This document shows positions 25,753 to 35,687 of a DNA stretch of 64,000 nucleotides, one piece after another; position 1 is the first letter of the stretch, and each line of letters starts with the position of its first letter. The DNA comes from Aquificaceae bacterium (lineage in GTDB: Bacteria; Aquificota; Aquificia; Aquificales; Aquificaceae): assembly GCA_037925075.1 (NCBI GenBank), contig JAXSNR010000002.1:608001-672000 (forward strand), in the 5' to 3' direction. The translations under genes were made by a program, and so were the position numbers. Under the pieces are notes generated by a model, which saw only the letters and a list, made by a program, of their open reading frames with translations, did no database searches and was not told where the DNA came from.

Positions 25753-26483
25753 TATGGGACCTTTTTCTTTCAAGCTTTTTGCTCTCTGTGGTGCTTGTGG
25801 GCATTCATGCCTACTTTGGCAGGGAGATAGTAAAAAGAGGCATAATCTTTGCGGACATTTCTGTCGCTCAGTTTTCTGGGGTGGGTATTGCTTTGTCTCT
25901 TGTGCTTTTTCATGGAGAATACACCCATGCCCTTTCTCTCCTTTTGGGGCTTTTTGCCAGCCTTCTTATTGCCCTCTCCCAAAGGTTAAAAGAGTACTCA
26001 GAAGCCTTTATAGGGCTTTTGTACGCCCTTGGATTTTCCCTTTCGGTTCTTGTACTGTCCTTTTCAGCCCATGGCATGGAGGAACTAAAAAAGCTTACAG
26101 CAAGCGACATACTCTTTGTAAGGCTTGAGGAGGTCCTCCGTACCGCCATCATATATGCATTTATAGGACTTTTGCTCTACCTTAGAAGATATCTAAGTGG
26201 GATGGCTTCTGAGCTTTCCTTCTTTGCCCTTTTTTCCCTTACCCTTGCCAGCTCTGTAAAGCTTGCGGGGGTGCTTGTGGTTTTTTCCTTGCTTGTTTCT
26301 CCCGCTCTTGTTTCTGTCCTTTTTAGAAGAGGTCTTATGTTTGCATGGATATGGGGGACCTTGTGGAGCTTTTTGGCTATAGCCCTTTCCTTCTGGCTTG
26401 ACCTTCCCACTGGCTACAGCCTTGTCTTTTTACAAGCCTTTGTAGGTCTGACCGCCTTTATGTTTAGGCTAATGAAAACTTAA
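25749..26483 (+). CDS. Metal ABC transporter permease (ABC-3 family)
   Basis: 'H.YFG..IVKRGIIF.D', 'EAFIGLLYA', 'SVKLAGVLVVFSLLVSPA', 'DLPTG'. Confidence 0.88.
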   Translation: MIWDLFLSSFLLSVVLVGIHAYFGREIVKRGIIFADISVAQFSGVGIALSLVLFHGEYTHALSLLLGLFASLLIALSQRLKEYSEAFIGLLYALGFSLSVLVLSFSAHGMEELKKLTASDILFVRLEEVLRTAIIYAFIGLLLYLRRYLSGMASELSFFALFSLTLASSVKLAGVLVVFSLLVSPALVSVLFRRGLMFAWIWGTLWSFLAIALSFWLDLPTGYSLVFLQAFVGLTAFMFRLMKT

Positions 26484-27766
26484 TTCCGTACAGGCTCGCC
26501 AAGCCAGAAGTACTCTTCCCTTTCTGGTCCCGTGGAAAGCATAACCACGGGCACCCCTAAGTACTCTTGTATGAAATCAATATATTCCAACGCCTGCGAT
26601 GGCATCATTGATAGGCTTTTTGCACCTCTTGTGTCCTTTAGCCATCCTTTAAAGGTCTTATATACGGGTCTTACCCTCTGAAGAAGGCTTAGGCTTGCGG
26701 GAAAGTGGTCTACGGTTTTGCCATCCACCTCGTAGGCAACGCATACCTTTATCTCTTCAAAGGTATCCAAAACATCAAGCTTTGTGATGATAAGGCCATC
26801 AAGGCCGTTTATATCCACCGCATGCTTGAGGGCAACAAGGTCAAGCCATCCGCAACGTCTTGGTCTTCCTGTGGTAGCTCCGTACTCTCCACCCCTTTCC
26901 CTGAGAAGCTCACCAAGTCCATCTTTAAGCTCTGTGGGAAAGGGACCTTCTCCCACCCTTGTGGTGTATGCCTTTGAAACAGCCCAGAAGCGGGCTTTTG
27001 AAAAGTATCTCGGTGGAAGCCCCGTACCGTTGGAAAGCCCCAAAGCGGAGGCATTAGATGAGGTCACGTAGGGATAAGTGCCCATATCAATGTCTAACAT
27101 GGTGCCCTGAGCACCTTCAAAAAGCACTCTACCTTCAAAGTTCAAAAGTAAGCGCGTAGTGTCTATTACCCTTTCCTTTATCTTTTTGTAGTTTTCCATG
27201 GTGCTTTCAAAGATCTCTTCCGCACTCATCTTATGGTTTTCGCAATAGACCTTTTCACACACCTCAGAGACAAACTCCATGTTTTCCTTTATAAGCCTGT
27301 AGGTTCTGTCTGGGTCCTCAAGGTCGCAGACCCTTATACCCTTCCTTCCGTACTTGAACATGTAAGAGGGTCCTATGCCCCTTAAGGTGGTGCCAATCTT
27401 ACCCCTTTTTTCAAAAAGAGAGTCAAGGAGTTTATGGTAGGCAAGCACAAGATGTGCCCTGTCGCTTATAAAGACCCTTTCCCATACCCTAAGCCCTCTT
27501 CTTTCAAGCTCTTCCATCTCCTTTACCAGAAGCTCCAAATCCACCACCATACCCTGTGCGACCACACCCACAGTATGCTCATGGAGTATGCCCGTAGGAA
27601 GCAAGTGTAGGACAAACTTTTCCCCTTTTACCATCACCGTATGCCCCGCGTTGCTTCCGCCTTGGTATCTCACCACCATGTCAAAGTCCGCGGAAAGCAA
27701 ATCCACCACCTTACCCTTTCCTTCATCGCCCCACTGGGCACCAAGTATTACAAGATGTTTTTTCAT
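26480..27766 (-). CDS. purA: Adenylosuccinate synthetase
   Basis: 'GAQWGDEGKGK', 'GGSNAGHT', 'EYGATTGRPRRCGW'. Confidence 0.98.
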   Translation of the reverse strand: MKKHLVILGAQWGDEGKGKVVDLLSADFDMVVRYQGGSNAGHTVMVKGEKFVLHLLPTGILHEHTVGVVAQGMVVDLELLVKEMEELERRGLRVWERVFISDRAHLVLAYHKLLDSLFEKRGKIGTTLRGIGPSYMFKYGRKGIRVCDLEDPDRTYRLIKENMEFVSEVCEKVYCENHKMSAEEIFESTMENYKKIKERVIDTTRLLLNFEGRVLFEGAQGTMLDIDMGTYPYVTSSNASALGLSNGTGLPPRYFSKARFWAVSKAYTTRVGEGPFPTELKDGLGELLRERGGEYGATTGRPRRCGWLDLVALKHAVDINGLDGLIITKLDVLDTFEEIKVCVAYEVDGKTVDHFPASLSLLQRVRPVYKTFKGWLKDTRGAKSLSMMPSQALEYIDFIQEYLGVPVVMLSTGPEREEYFWLGEPVRN

Positions 27767-28869
27767 CCGATAGCTCCTTGAAGTTCTTCCACCTTTTCCC
27801 TTATGGCTTCAAGCAATTCTTTTATTCCCCAACCCTTTATAGCGGAAACTACCACAGACTTGCCCTCCATAAAGGCTGGCTCCGTTAGATACTTTATATC
27901 CTCTTCCCTTTCCACCACCTTGTCCGCCTTGTTAAAGACAAAGATAACGGGCTTATCCTCCACAGATAGGTCCTTGAGTATGTCTCTGACCACCTTAACC
28001 CTTTCAAGCCAGTTTTTGTCGGATATGTCTATCACATGCAATATTATGTCTGCTTCTTGAACCTCCTCCAAGGTTGCCTTAAAGGACTCTATAAGCTCAG
28101 GCGGTAGCTTTCTTATAAAGCCCACCGTATCGGTTATAAGGACCTTTATGTCTGGAAAAAGTAGCCTTGCGGAAGTGGTTGTATCCAGAGTTGCAAAGGG
28201 CATATCCGCCACTAAGGTTTCCCTGCCCGTCAGAATTTTCATCAAACTGGATTTACCCACATTGGTATATCCCACAAGGGCTACCTTTACCACCTTAAGG
28301 TCTCCCGAGCTTTCCCTTCTTTTTCTTTGTTCCCTTCTTTGCCTTTTTATGTCCTCAAGTTCTTCCCTTATCTGCTGTATTCTTCTTTTTATCCATCTTC
28401 TTCTTATCTCCGCCTCCTGCTCACCGGGACCCCTTGTCCCTACTCCACCACCAAGCCTTGAAAGTTCCTTACCCCTTCCATAAAGCCTTGGAAGTTCGTA
28501 GGTAAGTTTAGCCAACTCCACCTGTAGCTTGGCGGTCTTTGACCTTACCCTTCTGGAGAAAATCTCCAAAACAAGGTCAGCCCTATCCATTATCCTCTTT
28601 CCTATAGTCTTTTCAAGGTTTGCAATCTGTGAAGGACTTAAAAAGGCGTCAAATATGATTGTGTCCGCACCGGTTCCTTCGGCCACCTGTCTTATTTCTT
28701 CCACCTTTCCCGCACCTACATAATACCTTGGATCCGGATGAGCCCTTTTCTGGACTATGTAGCCTATGTACTTACCCCCAACAGCCTTTACGAGCTCCTT
28801 GAGTTCGCTCAGAAATTCCTTACTTTCCTGTTTATTATTTTCTATTAGGCTTACGAGGATGCTTTTCAT
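27763..28869 (-). CDS. hflX: GTPase HflX
   Basis: 'LQVELA', 'GTRGPGE', 'GYTNVGKSSL', 'FATLD', 'DTVGFI', 'NKAD'. Confidence 0.97.
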   Translation of the reverse strand: MKSILVSLIENNKQESKEFLSELKELVKAVGGKYIGYIVQKRAHPDPRYYVGAGKVEEIRQVAEGTGADTIIFDAFLSPSQIANLEKTIGKRIMDRADLVLEIFSRRVRSKTAKLQVELAKLTYELPRLYGRGKELSRLGGGVGTRGPGEQEAEIRRRWIKRRIQQIREELEDIKRQRREQRKRRESSGDLKVVKVALVGYTNVGKSSLMKILTGRETLVADMPFATLDTTTSARLLFPDIKVLITDTVGFIRKLPPELIESFKATLEEVQEADIILHVIDISDKNWLERVKVVRDILKDLSVEDKPVIFVFNKADKVVEREEDIKYLTEPAFMEGKSVVVSAIKGWGIKELLEAIREKVEELQGAIG

Positions 28870-29081
28870 TAACCCCCTTGCACTATGGTGCTTATGGCAT
28901 GCTTGTATATAAGGTTTGGCTCACCTTCCACCTCAAGCAAGAGGGTGTACTTGTCATGGTCAAGCACCTTGCCCGTTATCCTGTTTCCTCTGGTCAAAAA
29001 CACGGTTATGGTGGCACTCTTTCTTTTAAGCTCCTCTATGTACTCGTCCTGTACGTTTGTATTCTTCTCCATAAACATCAT
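28869..29081 (-). CDS. hfq: RNA chaperone Hfq
   Basis: 'NVQD', 'VFL..G..I.G', 'IYKHAIST'. Upstream of hflX. Start set by SD GGAGG. Confidence 0.92.
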   Translation of the reverse strand: MMFMEKNTNVQDEYIEELKRKSATITVFLTRGNRITGKVLDHDKYTLLLEVEGEPNLIYKHAISTIVQGG

Positions 29082-29166
29082 ACAAACCTCCATTATAAAT
29101 TATAAAACTTTTCTATCCAGTCAAGCGTATTATGATTGTATAATATATTACCGGGAGGTTAGCAAA

Positions 29167-30072
29167 ATGAAAGTGCTAATTATACTACTCCTAGCTACAC
29201 TCAATGCTTGGGCTTTATCTTCATTAGGGTGCCTCAAAAGACTTGAAGCTATGGAGTATCATTCCGCAATAGCTTACGGAGATAGGCTCATCCGTAATGG
29301 CATTGTAAATTATTCCACATACTTTTGTATAGGAAAGGCTCACTTTGAATTAAAAAATTACTCCCTATCGGCTACATATTTTGAACGTGCACGCCAAAAA
29401 GCAAAAGATAGTATAGAAAGGATGCTTTCCGCTTATTATTTGGGCAAAGCTTACGAGGAGTTAGGTGATTATACGAGAGCTATAAGAATATATACGGCTG
29501 TTTTACCTCTTGCAGATAAAATAAATTCAGGTTTTTCTCAGTCTTTAAAGCTTCAGCTTGCGGATCTTTATGAAAGAGTTAATAATATAGATGAAGCACT
29601 TGAAATATATTCAGGCATATTAGATAACGCCCATTCTGATAGTGAAAAACTTTTAATCTTTGAAAAAATGGGCGATATTATGGCGAAAAAAGAAAACTAT
29701 AACATGGCTATGGAAAATTATAATAAGGCTCTTATGCATGCAACATCTTTAAACAATATATTCGCACTAAGTAGGCTAAATGCTAAACTTGGAAAAATAA
29801 GTTCAGAACTTAAAGACTTTGACACCGCGATTGAACATTACAGAGAAGCCATAAATTATGCCAAATCTATCGGAAATAAGAAATTGCAAGCGGGTCTCTA
29901 CGAAAGACTGGCTATTGTATATATGATGAAAGCAGACTTTAGAGAGACTATAAGTAATTATGAGGAAGCTTTGAATTTATACAAAGAACTAATAGATACA
30001 AGTAGCATTATAAGAGTTCAAGAGAGGCTTGAAATTCTTAAAAGAGTTTTGGAACTTCGACGAGAATTATGA
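29167..30072 (+). CDS. Exported tetratricopeptide-repeat protein
   Basis: SD GGAGG, signal peptide, repeated 'LG..Y...G.Y..A...Y..A' units. AT-rich. Confidence 0.85.
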   Translation: MKVLIILLLATLNAWALSSLGCLKRLEAMEYHSAIAYGDRLIRNGIVNYSTYFCIGKAHFELKNYSLSATYFERARQKAKDSIERMLSAYYLGKAYEELGDYTRAIRIYTAVLPLADKINSGFSQSLKLQLADLYERVNNIDEALEIYSGILDNAHSDSEKLLIFEKMGDIMAKKENYNMAMENYNKALMHATSLNNIFALSRLNAKLGKISSELKDFDTAIEHYREAINYAKSIGNKKLQAGLYERLAIVYMMKADFRETISNYEEALNLYKELIDTSSIIRVQERLEILKRVLELRREL

Positions 30073-31754
30073 ATTTAAACATAGCCTTAGCTCAAGTAAA
30101 TCCTAAATTAGGCTATATAGAAACAAATCTAAAAAAAATAGCCTCTTTTTGGGATAGGGCTGGGAGAGAAACCCATCTGGTTATCTTCCCTGAACTTGCC
30201 CTTTGTGGCTATCCACCGGAAGACCTCCTTTTGAGACTGGACTTTATAAGGTCCTGTGAAAAAGCCTTAGAAGAGCTAATAAAAATCTCCGAGCGTATGT
30301 CTTCTTTTCTTGTGGTTGGAACACCTTACTACGATGGAGACCTGTACAATGCCCTTGTGGTTGTGGGTAAGGGTCATATGCTGGGCATATACAAAAAGAC
30401 CTTCCTACCTAACTACTCCGTCTTTGACGAAAAGAGATACTTCAAGGCTGGAAAAGATCCCCTTGTTCTTGAAATTAACGGTGCAAGGGTTGGCTTTTCC
30501 ATCTGTGAAGATATATGGCATCCAGACGGATGGGAAAGGCTTTACGCTCTCTCGGGTTGTGAACTGCTTATAAACATAAATGCGTCACCCTACTATAGGG
30601 GAAAGTACGAATTTAAGGAGAGCTTTTTGAAAGCCAGAGCTCAGGACAACATAGCCTATGTGGTTTATGTGAATATGGTGGGAGGTCAAGATGAGCTGGT
30701 CTTTGACGGCAGGAGCCTTGTAATAGACCCAGAGGGAAAGCTTATGGCAAGGGCAAAAGCCTTTGAAGAAGACCTACTTTTTGTAAGCCTTGACATAGAA
30801 AGGGTCAGAATTAAAAGGCTTTTTGACTTAAGGCTAAGGGAGAAGGACACACAAAGAATAATGCCCGTAAGCCGGCATTACATGCAAGAAAAGGGGAAAC
30901 ATAAGCCGAAGATTGAAGAAAGCTCAAGAGAAGAGGAGGAGCTTTACGAGGCCATAAAGGTGGCAATAAGGGATTATGTTTATAAAAACTCCTTTCAAAG
31001 GGTTGTTCTTGGTCTTTCTGGGGGTATTGATTCTTCTTTGGTTGCTTGCTTGGCTGTGGATGCCCTTGGAAGGGATAAGGTGGTGGGCGTCTTTATGCCC
31101 TCTGAATTTACCTCCGCGCAAAGCAGGCAAGATGTGTATGAGCTTGCCAAAAATTTAGGCATAGAGCTTCTTGAGTATCCCATAGGTGAGGTGTATAAGA
31201 CTTATCTTCTTAGATTGTTCGGTTCAGAGGAGCTTACCGTGGCTGAAGAAAACCTACAAGCCAGAATAAGGGCAAACATACTTTTTTACCTTTCCAATAA
31301 ACACGGCTGGCTTGTGCTTTCCACTTCCAACAAGAGCGAATCCGCGGTAGGCTATACCACCATATACGGAGATATGGCTGGGGGCTTTGCCCCCATAAAG
31401 GACCTCTATAAAACATGGGTTTACAAACTGGCAAGGTACAGAAACTCCATAAAACCAGATATACCAGAGAGAGTTTTTCTAAGACCACCCACCGCAGAGC
31501 TAAGACCCAACCAGACCGATCAGGACACATTACCACCCTATGAAATTCTTGATAAGGTTTTAGAGCTTCACATAGAGGAGGGCATGGGCTTAGAGGAGAT
31601 TGTGGATCAGGGATTTGAAAGGGAAAGGGTTAAAAAAATCCTTGATATGGTCAGAAGGGCTGAGTACAAAAGAAAACAGGCACCACCGGGTCCGAAGCTA
31701 ACAAAAAGAGCCTTTGGCAAGGACTGGAGGATGCCCATAAGCGGTAGATACTAA
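30069..31754 (+). CDS. nadE: Glutamine-dependent NAD+ synthetase
   Basis: Nitrilase domain (FPEL, LPNYSVFDEKRYF, ICEDIW) plus 'GLSGGIDS', 'ENLQARIR', 'PTAEL'. Confidence 0.97.
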   Translation: MNLNIALAQVNPKLGYIETNLKKIASFWDRAGRETHLVIFPELALCGYPPEDLLLRLDFIRSCEKALEELIKISERMSSFLVVGTPYYDGDLYNALVVVGKGHMLGIYKKTFLPNYSVFDEKRYFKAGKDPLVLEINGARVGFSICEDIWHPDGWERLYALSGCELLININASPYYRGKYEFKESFLKARAQDNIAYVVYVNMVGGQDELVFDGRSLVIDPEGKLMARAKAFEEDLLFVSLDIERVRIKRLFDLRLREKDTQRIMPVSRHYMQEKGKHKPKIEESSREEEELYEAIKVAIRDYVYKNSFQRVVLGLSGGIDSSLVACLAVDALGRDKVVGVFMPSEFTSAQSRQDVYELAKNLGIELLEYPIGEVYKTYLLRLFGSEELTVAEENLQARIRANILFYLSNKHGWLVLSTSNKSESAVGYTTIYGDMAGGFAPIKDLYKTWVYKLARYRNSIKPDIPERVFLRPPTAELRPNQTDQDTLPPYEILDKVLELHIEEGMGLEEIVDQGFERERVKKILDMVRRAEYKRKQAPPGPKLTKRAFGKDWRMPISGRY

Positions 31755-32473
31755 AACCTATAAAGGAAACCTGCAAGAAAGCCGTAGTTAGTTTGTTTTT
31801 CGTGTTTGTTGAGGCTTTTGTGCAATCCAAAGCTAAGGTCCATACTCTTCGTTGGATGTAGGACCGCACCTATGAGAATATGCGTGTCTTTGCTCAAATC
31901 CCTTTCCTCTGGTATCAAATACTTTAACTCTCCACCTAAAGTCATCCAGTCCGTGGGATTGCCATACAGGTGGAGGATAACGCCGTAGGCGTCCCTTAAA
32001 CCTTCAATGTGAGAAGATTTTATATAAACACCGTTGAGGTTAAAGGTAAGACCTCCAATCTGTCTTTCCACTATAAGGTTTAGGTTTGCGGTGGTCTTGC
32101 CATATCCTATGCCTTCCTTTCCCGTATCCAAGTTTAGCTGAAGCTTGTAGCCTACCTTCCAGTCTTCTCCTTCAAAGGGGATGTGCTTTATGAAAAGCCT
32201 TAGGTCATCCGCTCTGCTTATGCTTTTGTCTCCTTCTCTGACCTTCACATAAGGTTGGATGACCGCAAGGTCCATATTCTTTGAAAGGCCCAATGTAAGC
32301 TGAAAATCAAAGCTCTGCCTTTTGGCACCATCATAATATTTGAAATTGGCATAATTAGTCTCAAGTTGAAAATTGCCAAAACCTCCAAGGGTTCCACCAT
32401 CTTCCGCTTCAAAAGGGAAAAAGGCAAAACAAAGGGAGGAACTAAGAAAAAGCAGGGCTAAAAGTCTTCTCAT
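31751..32473 (-). CDS. Putative outer-membrane beta-barrel transporter/porin
   Basis: Signal peptide, 'PF...D.GT.G...FQLE', alternating beta pattern, terminal Phe. Confidence 0.65.
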   Translation of the reverse strand: MRRLLALLFLSSSLCFAFFPFEAEDGGTLGGFGNFQLETNYANFKYYDGAKRQSFDFQLTLGLSKNMDLAVIQPYVKVREGDKSISRADDLRLFIKHIPFEGEDWKVGYKLQLNLDTGKEGIGYGKTTANLNLIVERQIGGLTFNLNGVYIKSSHIEGLRDAYGVILHLYGNPTDWMTLGGELKYLIPEERDLSKDTHILIGAVLHPTKSMDLSFGLHKSLNKHEKQTNYGFLAGFLYRF

Positions 32474-32568
32474 GGCTTACGCTCCTTTTAAATTGAATTT
32501 GATATTTTATATCATAATTTCTCTTCCCTTGTCAAGCCTTTTTATCAAAAGTGCTAAACTATATAGCC

Positions 32569-33699
32569 ATGTATGTGATGGACACTTACCGCAGGCTTCC
32601 TGTGAGCTTTGTAAAGGGTGAGGGTGTGTACCTGTATGACCATGAGGGCAGGAGGTACCTTGACTTCCTTGCGGGTATTGCGGTAAATACCCTTGGATAC
32701 GGAGATGATGAGCTTACAAAAGCCTTATGCGAGCAGGTAAGGAACCTTTTACATGTCTCCAACCTCTTTGAAAACCCGTGGCAAGAGGAGCTGGCAAGGG
32801 AGCTGGTGGAAAGCTTTTGGACCTCTGGGAAGGTCTTTTTTTGCAACAGTGGAGCTGAGGCAAACGAAGGAGCCATAAAATTAGCAAGAAGGTATTTCTA
32901 CGAGAGAGGGGAAAAGAGATACAGGATAATCACCTTTTATAACTCCTTTCATGGTAGGACCTTTGGAGCCATGTCCGCAACCGCTCAGGAGAAAATCCAA
33001 AAGGGCTTTGAGCCTCTTCTTGCAGGTTTTGACTATGCGGAGCTTAATAACTTTGATTCTGTGCTGAAGGCTCTTAAAAAGGAAACCGCAGGCATAATGC
33101 TTGAGGTAATACAGGGAGAGGGTGGAATAAGAGAGGCGGAAGAGGGGTTTCTTCAAAAGGTTCAAAGGCTGTGCCAAGAGGAAGGATTGATTTTGATAGT
33201 GGATGAGGTCCAGACGGGCATTGGAAGGACTGGAAGGTTCTACGCTTATGAGCACTATGGCATAAAGCCAGACATTATAAGCCTTGCCAAGGGGCTTGGT
33301 GGTGGTGTTCCCATAGGTGCGGTGCTTGCAAGGAAAGAGGTGGCTGAGGCTTTTAAGCCGGGCTCTCACGGCTCAACCTTTGGGGGAAACCCTCTTGCTT
33401 GCAGGGCGGGCATGGTGGTAGTCCGTAGGGTAAAGGGGCTTTTGCCTCAGGTTCAGAGGGTAGGAGAGTACTTCAAGAAAAAACTAAAAGAGTTGGGCGT
33501 GGGAGAGGTCAGAGGAAGGGGGCTTATGTTAGGGCTTGAGCTTGAAAGAAGCTGTTCTGAGACTGTGCAAAAGGCTTTGGAAAGGGGGCTTTTGATAAAC
33601 TGCACTTCAGAAAGGGTGCTGAGGTTTGTCCCACCTCTTGTCGTTGAAGAAAGACATGTGGATGAGGCAATTGGCATACTAAAGGAGATCCTTACTTAG
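32569..33699 (+). CDS. argD: Acetylornithine aminotransferase
   Basis: 'YLDFLAGIAVN.LG', 'NSGAEANE', 'SFHGRT', 'DEVQTGIGRTG', 'AKGLGGG', 'HGSTFGGNP'. Confidence 0.93.
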   Translation: MYVMDTYRRLPVSFVKGEGVYLYDHEGRRYLDFLAGIAVNTLGYGDDELTKALCEQVRNLLHVSNLFENPWQEELARELVESFWTSGKVFFCNSGAEANEGAIKLARRYFYERGEKRYRIITFYNSFHGRTFGAMSATAQEKIQKGFEPLLAGFDYAELNNFDSVLKALKKETAGIMLEVIQGEGGIREAEEGFLQKVQRLCQEEGLILIVDEVQTGIGRTGRFYAYEHYGIKPDIISLAKGLGGGVPIGAVLARKEVAEAFKPGSHGSTFGGNPLACRAGMVVVRRVKGLLPQVQRVGEYFKKKLKELGVGEVRGRGLMLGLELERSCSETVQKALERGLLINCTSERVLRFVPPLVVEERHVDEAIGILKEILT

Positions 33700-33740
33700 T
33701 TGTATCCGCCATGTGTGAGTGTTATATTAATATGTGAGCT

Positions 33741-34058
33741 ATGGACTTCCCTGAGCTTTTGGTTATCCTTGCGGTGGCTTTTATCTTCCTTGGTCCCGAA
33801 AGGATGATGGAGGTTGCCACCAAGCTTGGTGAGTTTTTGCGAAAGGTAAGAGAAACATGGGATGAGCTTAGGTATCAGCTTTACATGGAAAGCATAAACA
33901 GGAAGATAATGGAAGAAAGCAAAGATGCAGTCCCTCAAGATGAAGAAGAGGCGTACCATTTAGTGCAAGAGGAGGTAAAAGAGGAAGATGGAGAAGCAGG
34001 AACTTCCCAAGATGCCACTGACGGAACATCTGAGGGAGCTAAGAAGCAGACTGATTAA
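33741..34058 (+). CDS. tatB: Twin-arginine translocase TatB/TatA-family subunit
   Basis: 'ELLVIL.VA...LGPER' TM-hinge-amphipathic helix. Precedes tatC. Confidence 0.85.
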   Translation: MDFPELLVILAVAFIFLGPERMMEVATKLGEFLRKVRETWDELRYQLYMESINRKIMEESKDAVPQDEEEAYHLVQEEVKEEDGEAGTSQDATDGTSEGAKKQTD

Positions 34059-34746
34059 GTCCATAGTCGCCTTCCTTGTGGGCACGGGCGTAGCCTTCTA
34101 CTTTGCAAGCTACATCTTTGAAGTCCTTAAAGAACCGGTAAAAAGGTCCTATCCAAAGGTTGAGCTTATAACCCTTTCTCCCACCGAACCCCTTTTTATA
34201 CTTTTGAAAATATCCGTAGTCTTTGGCTTTATACTCTCTTTGCCCGTGATACTCTTCCAGCTTTGGAGGTTTGTAGAGCCAGCTCTGTATCCCAATGAAA
34301 AGAGGCTTGTCCTTCCCCTTACCCTTTTTTCCATACTTCTTTTTCTTCTTGGTGGAGCCTTTTCATACTTTGTAGCCCTTCCTATGGCTTTGAGGTTTTT
34401 GCTTGGAATAGGGCTTTCTCAGCTTCAGGCTACCCCCTTTCTTTCCGTAAACTTGTACATCTCTTTTCTTCTGAAGATGATAGTGGGTTTTGGCATAGCC
34501 TTTGAGCTTCCAGTGCTTGTATTCCTTTTGCAAAGGTCAGGGCTTGTTACAGAAAAGCAGTTAAAGGCTTTTAGGAAGTACTTTATAGTGCTCGCCTTTG
34601 TTGCTGGTGCCCTTATAGCTCCAGACGTGACCACACAGGTACTTATGGCTGTACCCCTGATACTTCTGTATGAAGTATCCCTTCTTGTTGGAAAGCTTGC
34701 AAAGGGCAAGCGTAAGGAAACCGCCATAGAGGTCACTCAAGGATGA
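33988..34746 (+). CDS. tatC: Twin-arginine translocase TatC
   Basis: 'MPLTEHLRELRSRL', 'QLWRFVEPALY', 'FELP', 'APDV..Q'. Confidence 0.96.
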   Translation: MEKQELPKMPLTEHLRELRSRLIKSIVAFLVGTGVAFYFASYIFEVLKEPVKRSYPKVELITLSPTEPLFILLKISVVFGFILSLPVILFQLWRFVEPALYPNEKRLVLPLTLFSILLFLLGGAFSYFVALPMALRFLLGIGLSQLQATPFLSVNLYISFLLKMIVGFGIAFELPVLVFLLQRSGLVTEKQLKAFRKYFIVLAFVAGALIAPDVTTQVLMAVPLILLYEVSLLVGKLAKGKRKETAIEVTQG

Positions 34747-35687
34747 GGGTTTTGCTAACGGGTGCGACGGGCTTTGTGGGAAGGTATATAGTCAAAAGGC
34801 TTTTGGAAGAGGGCTTTACGGTAGGCTGTTTGGTCAGAGATGTGGGAAAGTTGGAAAGGCTCTTTAGAGACAAGGTGGTACCTTACAGGGTAAGCCTTGA
34901 GGACCGCAAAGCTCTTGCAAAGACCTTTAAAGAGTTCAAACCCGACTACCTTATACACCTTGTGGGCATCCTTGTGGAGGACAAGAGAAGAAAGCAAACC
35001 TTCATGAGAGTTCATTACCTTTATTCAAAAACCCTCTACGAGGTTGCAAAAGACTACGGAAGGCTTAAGAAGGTGGTACATATGAGCTCTCTGTGTACCC
35101 ACAGGGACGCACCTTCTATGTACCATAGTACCAAGTACATGGCGGAAGAGGAGCTAAAAAGGTCAGGCTTAAACTACACCATATTAAGACCATCAATGAT
35201 ACTGGGACCAGAGCAAAAGCTTTTTTATGACCTTTGGAGTATGACCAAGTTTTTAAGGGTGTTTGCCCTGCCCGGTGGTGGAGGCTACCTTTTCCAACCT
35301 GTGGATGTGAGAGATGTCGCCTGTGCCTTTGTTAAGGCTCTAACTTTGGAGGAGAGTAACGGAAAAACCTACGAGCTATGCGGAAGCAAAAGGGTGAGCT
35401 TTAAAGAGCTTCTTGAGGGCATCTTTGACTTCTGGAAGAGAAGGGTTATCCTTTTGCCCGTGCCAAAGAGCCTTATGTATGTGGGTGGTCTTTTGGTGGA
35501 AAGACTTTTGCAACCCCCACCCTTTAGCTCAGACCAAATGCTGATGATGTGGAGGGATAACATATGTGGCTTGGACCAAGAGGTGGAAAGCGATGGCGTG
35601 AAGAAGCTTTGCGGAAAGGAGCCTGTAGCCTATGAGGAGTCTTTGAGGTGGAGTTTAGAGGAGTTTGGGAGGAAGATAAATGCCTGA
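34743..35687 (+). CDS. NAD(P)-dependent epimerase/SDR, NDUFA9-like
   Basis: 'TGATGFVG', 'Y..TK..AE', 'ILRPS', 'FQPV.V.DVA'. Confidence 0.88.
   Translation: MRVLLTGATGFVGRYIVKRLLEEGFTVGCLVRDVGKLERLFRDKVVPYRVSLEDRKALAKTFKEFKPDYLIHLVGILVEDKRRKQTFMRVHYLYSKTLYEVAKDYGRLKKVVHMSSLCTHRDAPSMYHSTKYMAEEELKRSGLNYTILRPSMILGPEQKLFYDLWSMTKFLRVFALPGGGGYLFQPVDVRDVACAFVKALTLEESNGKTYELCGSKRVSFKELLEGIFDFWKRRVILLPVPKSLMYVGGLLVERLLQPPPFSSDQMLMMWRDNICGLDQEVESDGVKKLCGKEPVAYEESLRWSLEEFGRKINA

Noticed and set aside
28885..29166. N-terminal extension of the TPR ORF in the ORF track
   Set aside because: It overlaps hfq on the opposite strand. The SD and signal peptide place the start at 29167.
31380..31394. GGGGGCTTTGCCCCC inside nadE, identical to the tpx terminator stem (possible REP-like repeat)
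   Set aside because: It encodes the conserved GGFAP motif of NAD synthetase and has no U-tract. Most likely coincidence.
33988..34058. 71-nt tatB/tatC overlap as a frameshift
   Set aside because: Both proteins have complete conserved regions, and the overlap involves only the unconserved TatB tail.
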